A stretch of DNA of 63,075 bases, filler included, from Vannella sp. (taxonomy: Eukaryota), in assembly GCA_023345925.1 (NCBI GenBank). It is 5 parts of 5 records of this genome, joined end to end, with 100 filler letters (N's around TTAATTAATTAA, not from the genome) between each part and the next. Parts side by side here need not be neighbours in the genome. Positions count along the whole stretch, not along the records: positions 47,001 to 60,760 come from JAJQQN010001280.1; positions 60,861 to 63,075 come from JAJQQN010001169.1; 3 more parts are not named here. One strand, 5' to 3'. The position numbers and the translations under genes were made by a program. Shown in pieces: positions 58,728 through 63,075 of the stretch (positions within the stretch are counted from its first letter, which is position 1; the number at the start of each line of letters is the position of its first letter). The notes below the pieces were generated by a model. The model was given only the letters and a program-made list of their open reading frames with translations. It searched no databases and had not been told where the DNA came from.

Positions 58728-59887
58728 ATGCTTCCTGTGCGACACCTGCGAGGAGGCGCATCGCGTCGCTTGAGCGTTTCTACTTCGCGGAGACTGGCTC
58801 GTAGTATGGCGGGAGATAAGCTGAGTGCAGAAGTGGTGGGGTGGCCTTGATAGCGACAGTGGGAGGAAGCTAACGTCTCTTTGTGGGATTGGGCAGCTTC
58901 AGGATGTGAAGAGGGCCTCGGAGTACTTGTATGCGACAATAGGTGTGAGACCTCGTCTCGCTATCATATCTACTGGGGATGATCCCGCTTCGCAAGCGTA
59001 CGAACGTCCAGCTGACTGTTTCCCTTTCGTTTCTGAGCTGTGGGCAGATATATACGTCAGAAGAAGCTGAAAGGGCTAGCAGCTGGTGTAGATGTGGAAG
59101 TGATCCACTTGGATATCCCAGATGAGGGTGATTCAAGTGCTATCAAGGACAAAGTGGCTTCGCTCTGCGAAGCGAGCGATATTCGCACGACAGGGATCAT
59201 TGTACAGCTCCCAGTGCTCACTAGAAGCAACTTTGTTGTCCCTGAAGGTGATCGAGAAGCTCTGGGCTACCTGCACGCGAGTGGAAACCTTTGTCGTGAT
59301 GTTGATGGAGTTCACCCGTGCTCTGAGGTACTCTATAACTTCAAGACCTCAAGTCAAGGGTTCTATAACCTTCCGTGTACACCTCAAGCAGTGTTAGAGC
59401 TCATCCAGTACCATCAGGTCCCGCTGAAAGGCAAAAGAGCCGTTATAATTGGTCGCAGTAGCATCGTAGGGACTCCTCTGATGAACACACTCCTTCAGGA
59501 TGAGTACCAAATGACTATTGTGTCTCCTCATAAGTCAGACACCAACTTGAAAGGCCATACAGTCGAGGCAGACCTCCTCATCGTCGCAGCTGGGCATCCC
59601 TCACTGATAACTCCCGACATGATCAAGCCAGGGGCTGTCTTAATAGACATAGGTATCAACCGTATATCTAACTCATCCGATGGAAGTGTTCAGCTCGTAG
59701 GAGACATCAGCCCACAGGTAAAAGCCACATTTCCCCTCCCCTTCCCCTCACCTCCTCCCAGTGCTTCCCTCTCAGCTCCGCCTACACTCCAGTCCCCGGT
59801 GGTGTTGGCCCTGTGACAGTAGCTATGCTACTCCGCAACGTGGTGCGCTCAGCCTTCCACCAATTCAAAGTGGCACTTCCCTTCTAA
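58728..59887 (+). CDS. Methylenetetrahydrofolate dehydrogenase/cyclohydrolase (FolD-type), probably mitochondrial, 4 exons
   Basis: GDDPAS.AY, GIIVQLP, DVDG, PCTP, IGRSSIVGTP, IDIGIN, TPVPGGVGPVTVAML; Arg/Ser-rich presequence. Confidence 0.92.
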
Positions 59888-59930
59888 ACCGGTCGAAAGT
59901 TCATTCGCTGGCAGCCCTTTGCTCCCTCGC

Positions 59931-60689
59931 ATGCTCTGCACGTATGACGATGACGGACATCGAGAGATCAAGTTGGCTGTGTTGGGCCTGCATGGGTGCG
60001 TTGGGGATGGTGGGGGAGGGAGACAACAAGCTAAGGGCAGAGAAGGTCGGGGAAGACGAGTTTGGTTCGGCGGTTTGTGAAACAGCAGTACGATCCCTCA
60101 GAGTATCCTACACTACGTGTCAGCCATGAGACTACGCTTGTGCAGGTGGATAGAGAGAAGATCAGCCTCTCCTTCCTGGATATCGCTGGACAGCAAGGTT
60201 ACAAGTGAGTCCTTCGTTCCATCGCTTTCTCGAGCCTCACACTCATGGGATAGCTCTGTGGCTAGTCTCTACTTTCGTAAGGACAGCAACAGAAGCCTTC
60301 TTCAGACTCCGTGATCGACTGACCAACAACGAACAGGAATGGCGCATGTGATCGCCTTTGTATACGACATTACCAGCCTTGAGAGCTTCCAAGTAGCTCA
60401 AGAATGGATGGGAAAGGTATCTTTGGAGAACCCTTGCTTGTTCTTTCTTGTAGGGAACAAGTCTGATCAAGAAGAGAGCCGAAATGTCAGTTTCGACGAG
60501 GGGAAGACCGCCGCCACCAAGAACGAAGCGCTCTTTATCGAGTGTAGTGCTAAGGATGATGTCCAAGTTGATGAATTCATCATGACTGCGTGCCGCAGAG
60601 TCCTCGAAATGCCCTCCCGCCAACCGGGAATCTCTGTCAGCACTTCCAGCTTCCAATCCAGACCCCAATCAGAATCAAGTTGCTGTTAA
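59931..60689 (+). CDS. Rab-like small GTPase, multi-exon
   Basis: IKLAVLG..GKTS, DIAGQ, VYDIT, GNKSD, ECSAK, C-terminal SCC. Confidence 0.85.
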
Positions 60690-60760
60690 CGCCACCAACA
60701 CTGTAAATACAATTTGGTCGAAATTACCGAGACCCTGGACTGGCCCGAAATGGAACCGCC

Positions 60761-60860
60761 NNNNNNNNNNNNNNNNNNNNNNNNNNNNNNNNNNNNNNNN
60801 NNNNTTAATTAATTAANNNNNNNNNNNNNNNNNNNNNNNNNNNNNNNNNNNNNNNNNNNN
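60761..60860. other. Artificial contig spacer
   Basis: N44-TTAATTAATTAA-N44. Confidence 0.99.
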
Positions 60861-61067
60861 CATATGAATTAAGGTTTAGCGCACTCTTCTCCATCCCATG
60901 AGATCTGTGGTCTTCCTTAGCTCACAAGAGTGGACGATGCAAAAAAATAAGGATTGCTGGGACCAACTGCTACCTCCCCATCTCCACTCGTGCTGACTTC
61001 CTCCTTGTGGGGAGACCTGTGCCTTGTATAATACATTGTACGATAAAGAATTCCCTTTGGCCTTAGA

Positions 61068-62834
61068 TCAGCTTTCTGAAATGCTTTTAAACCCCTTCCG
61101 TACTATCTCGATGTGGCTACCTTCCAACCACTCAGTGATCACACCTAGGCTGAAAAGGTCGTGCTCGGCGTCCAAAGTGGTCTCCAACTTGGCTTTTCGA
61201 CGAAAACCCTTGCGGACTGCCATTTTGGTGTGCCTCCAGCAGGCAACAGTGTTGCTGCAACTATTGCAAGAAGAAAGCGCCTGTCCAAGGGGGTATGGTC
61301 CAAAAGGCCGAATTGACTCAAAGTCGCACAGGATAGCTTGCATCTTCTCGCCTGTCCCGACTATCAGGATATTGCCTGGATGAAGATCCCCAAACACAAA
61401 GTACTTTTCATGAAGGGCCGCCAAGGACTTGACAATGTCGCGTTGGACAACTTCCCGCACTGTGGAAAGCGTCTTGGGATCACACAGGCATATTTTGTCC
61501 AGAGACTGGCCCCCGAAACCCTCCATACAAAGGCAGTCGGATCGGGAGCTGAGGGGCTCGCACATGAAAAGCTTAACCGTATTCCAAGAGATCTGGGCGC
61601 TCTCCATCTCTTGCAGGATCTCCTGCTCCGTCTTCGCCATCTTCCGTCCAAATGAGGAATCGAGCTTGATAACAAAGTCCTCGCCCTGTTCCGGCTTCAT
61701 TTGCAACACAAAGCTATTCTTGTTGAGGTTGATGATCTTCTGGACTTGAAATCCGGGAATGGGGAACTCAGGAGGGGAAACGTAGGTTGCCGTCTTCGAG
61801 GCCTTGACTTGGTCGTCAAGTACCTTAAGGATCTTGAGGAGTAGGGCGACGATCGAGCTCACGTCTGTGGTGCACAACTTGATAAAAGGGGCTGTAAAAT
61901 CGTTACCAGAAAGTTTGAAGAAGCTCCAGTTCCGACCATCGCCACCAAGTCCGTGGGTCACGCGGCGTTTACTGTTAGCTCTGTCACGCAAGAGTCCCTT
62001 GGCCTCCTCCACGGGGTCTTGAGCCCTCTTGAACTCCAAGGGGAAGATCATGTTCCTTGCGATACAAGCTCTGTTTGAGTGCGGCTTCTCCGAGTGGTAG
62101 AAGCCCCCGTCAGGAAAGCGATGGCACTTGCTTCCAACGTTAGTGACTACAGGTTCTTGGGTAACCTCGGGAGCATTGGAAATCTTGGATTGGAAAGCAG
62201 ACTTCAGTGGCATAACAGTCGGAACCTTCTTTCTGAGTTCCTCCTTTGCCGCGTTCAGGACAGCTTTGGCCCTTTTGGACAGTGGCTCAAGGTACAAGAA
62301 GACGTTGTTAGGTAGGAAATCACTTAGAAGAGGGAACAGAGTGTGGGCAATCGGGTGCGTAAAGCACTTCTCTATCTGCCCCACGCTCCTATCCTCTGTC
62401 TGCTCTTCTTGGACCTTCTTCTTCTTCCTCCTCTCGTCCATAAGATTAGTACGAGCCCTGAAAAGGAGTAGCACGAGTGGGAGTACATCTGTTGCCCTTT
62501 GTGTAAGTCCCTTTCTCACTACGGCACTAGCCTCGTAGGGTGGGAGTTCGAATGTCCCCGAAGGACGTGCATGAGGCTCATCATTGACCGAGACGGTAGT
62601 AGAGCTCTGGGTAAAGCTCGCCACATGCTGTTCTACTCTGAGGTGCTCCAGTTTACTCCTGAAGACTTCCATCTCTTTCTCATTCAGAGCTTTCTCTGTC
62701 TCATGCTGAGCTTTCTTTGTCTCATGCTGAGCTTTCAGTGTTATGATAGCCAGAGAACGCAAAGCTTCCTCTGGGGTCAATCGACCCAAGTTGCGGATGA
62801 GATCTTCAACCTCTTCGTCATTGGGCGGGTCCAT
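61068..62834 (-). CDS. Coiled coil + PD-(D/E)xK nuclease-like domain + protein kinase (Crinkler/CR-effector-like)
   Basis: FPDG..PLEFK..GLGGDGRNWSFF; kinase VIK, E, FGDLHPGNIL, CDFE, DLFSLG; single 588-codon ORF. Confidence 0.75.
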   Translation of the reverse strand: MDPPNDEEVEDLIRNLGRLTPEEALRSLAIITLKAQHETKKAQHETEKALNEKEMEVFRSKLEHLRVEQHVASFTQSSTTVSVNDEPHARPSGTFELPPYEASAVVRKGLTQRATDVLPLVLLLFRARTNLMDERRKKKKVQEEQTEDRSVGQIEKCFTHPIAHTLFPLLSDFLPNNVFLYLEPLSKRAKAVLNAAKEELRKKVPTVMPLKSAFQSKISNAPEVTQEPVVTNVGSKCHRFPDGGFYHSEKPHSNRACIARNMIFPLEFKRAQDPVEEAKGLLRDRANSKRRVTHGLGGDGRNWSFFKLSGNDFTAPFIKLCTTDVSSIVALLLKILKVLDDQVKASKTATYVSPPEFPIPGFQVQKIINLNKNSFVLQMKPEQGEDFVIKLDSSFGRKMAKTEQEILQEMESAQISWNTVKLFMCEPLSSRSDCLCMEGFGGQSLDKICLCDPKTLSTVREVVQRDIVKSLAALHEKYFVFGDLHPGNILIVGTGEKMQAILCDFESIRPFGPYPLGQALSSCNSCSNTVACWRHTKMAVRKGFRRKAKLETTLDAEHDLFSLGVITEWLEGSHIEIVRKGFKSISES

Positions 62835-63075
62835 GCGAAATGGACCAATTCACACTTTCCGTCCAATTGTTAGAACATGTTCTATTAATCGAGATTATCT
62901 CCTCTGAAGTACTCCAGTTTACTTCAGGCTGAATTCAATTTGGTGCCGCATTTCCCCTGACGACCCACATGCCTTTTTTTTTGGAACCGCCGCAACGGAC
63001 AAGCCGCCAGAACCTGCGCCGTTGATGCAAAGATCGGTTGAAATGCGCGTTATCATGGTCAGGGCACTTTCTTTC

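Overview
Not prokaryotic. The window holds five concatenated contigs (1-9599, 9700-40385, 40486-46900, 47001-60760, 60861-63075), joined by artificial 100-bp N-TTAATTAATTAA-N spacers, from a very gene-dense microbial eukaryote. Introns are short (~27-75 nt, mostly GT-AG) and intergenic gaps are often under 100 bp. Gene content (SH2-like domain, TerD, RhoGEF, sterol glucosyltransferase-FYVE, GPS-motif surface proteins) suggests an amoeboid protist, probably Amoebozoa; this is inference. Housekeeping genes include Sec23/24-like, RRP1, RAD51C, tRNA-Thr(AGT), GLOD4, SPRING1-like, DDB1/CPSF-A family, Ser/Thr dehydratase, M20 deacetylase, syntaxin-5, WDR12, MLH3-like, VPS35L, cysteine synthase, FolD and small GTPases. 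The best candidate for a new system is a ~1260-aa protein with a TPR array followed by two copies of a bacterial-type HEPN-like domain (9990-13876), a possible sensor-gated RNase for innate defence. Other oddities: a REase+kinase (Crinkler-type) effector, a RAMA-like + tandem BRCT protein, a bacterial Gly-rich adhesin fused to a mucin stalk and GPS/TM anchor (with a pseudogene paralog), an intron-bearing PGM1/BesA-type ATP-grasp ligase, a CaaX-tagged TerD, an apparently ATPase-dead MLH3 and two dispersed non-coding repeats. All family assignments come from motif recognition by eye, and exon boundaries are manual estimates.
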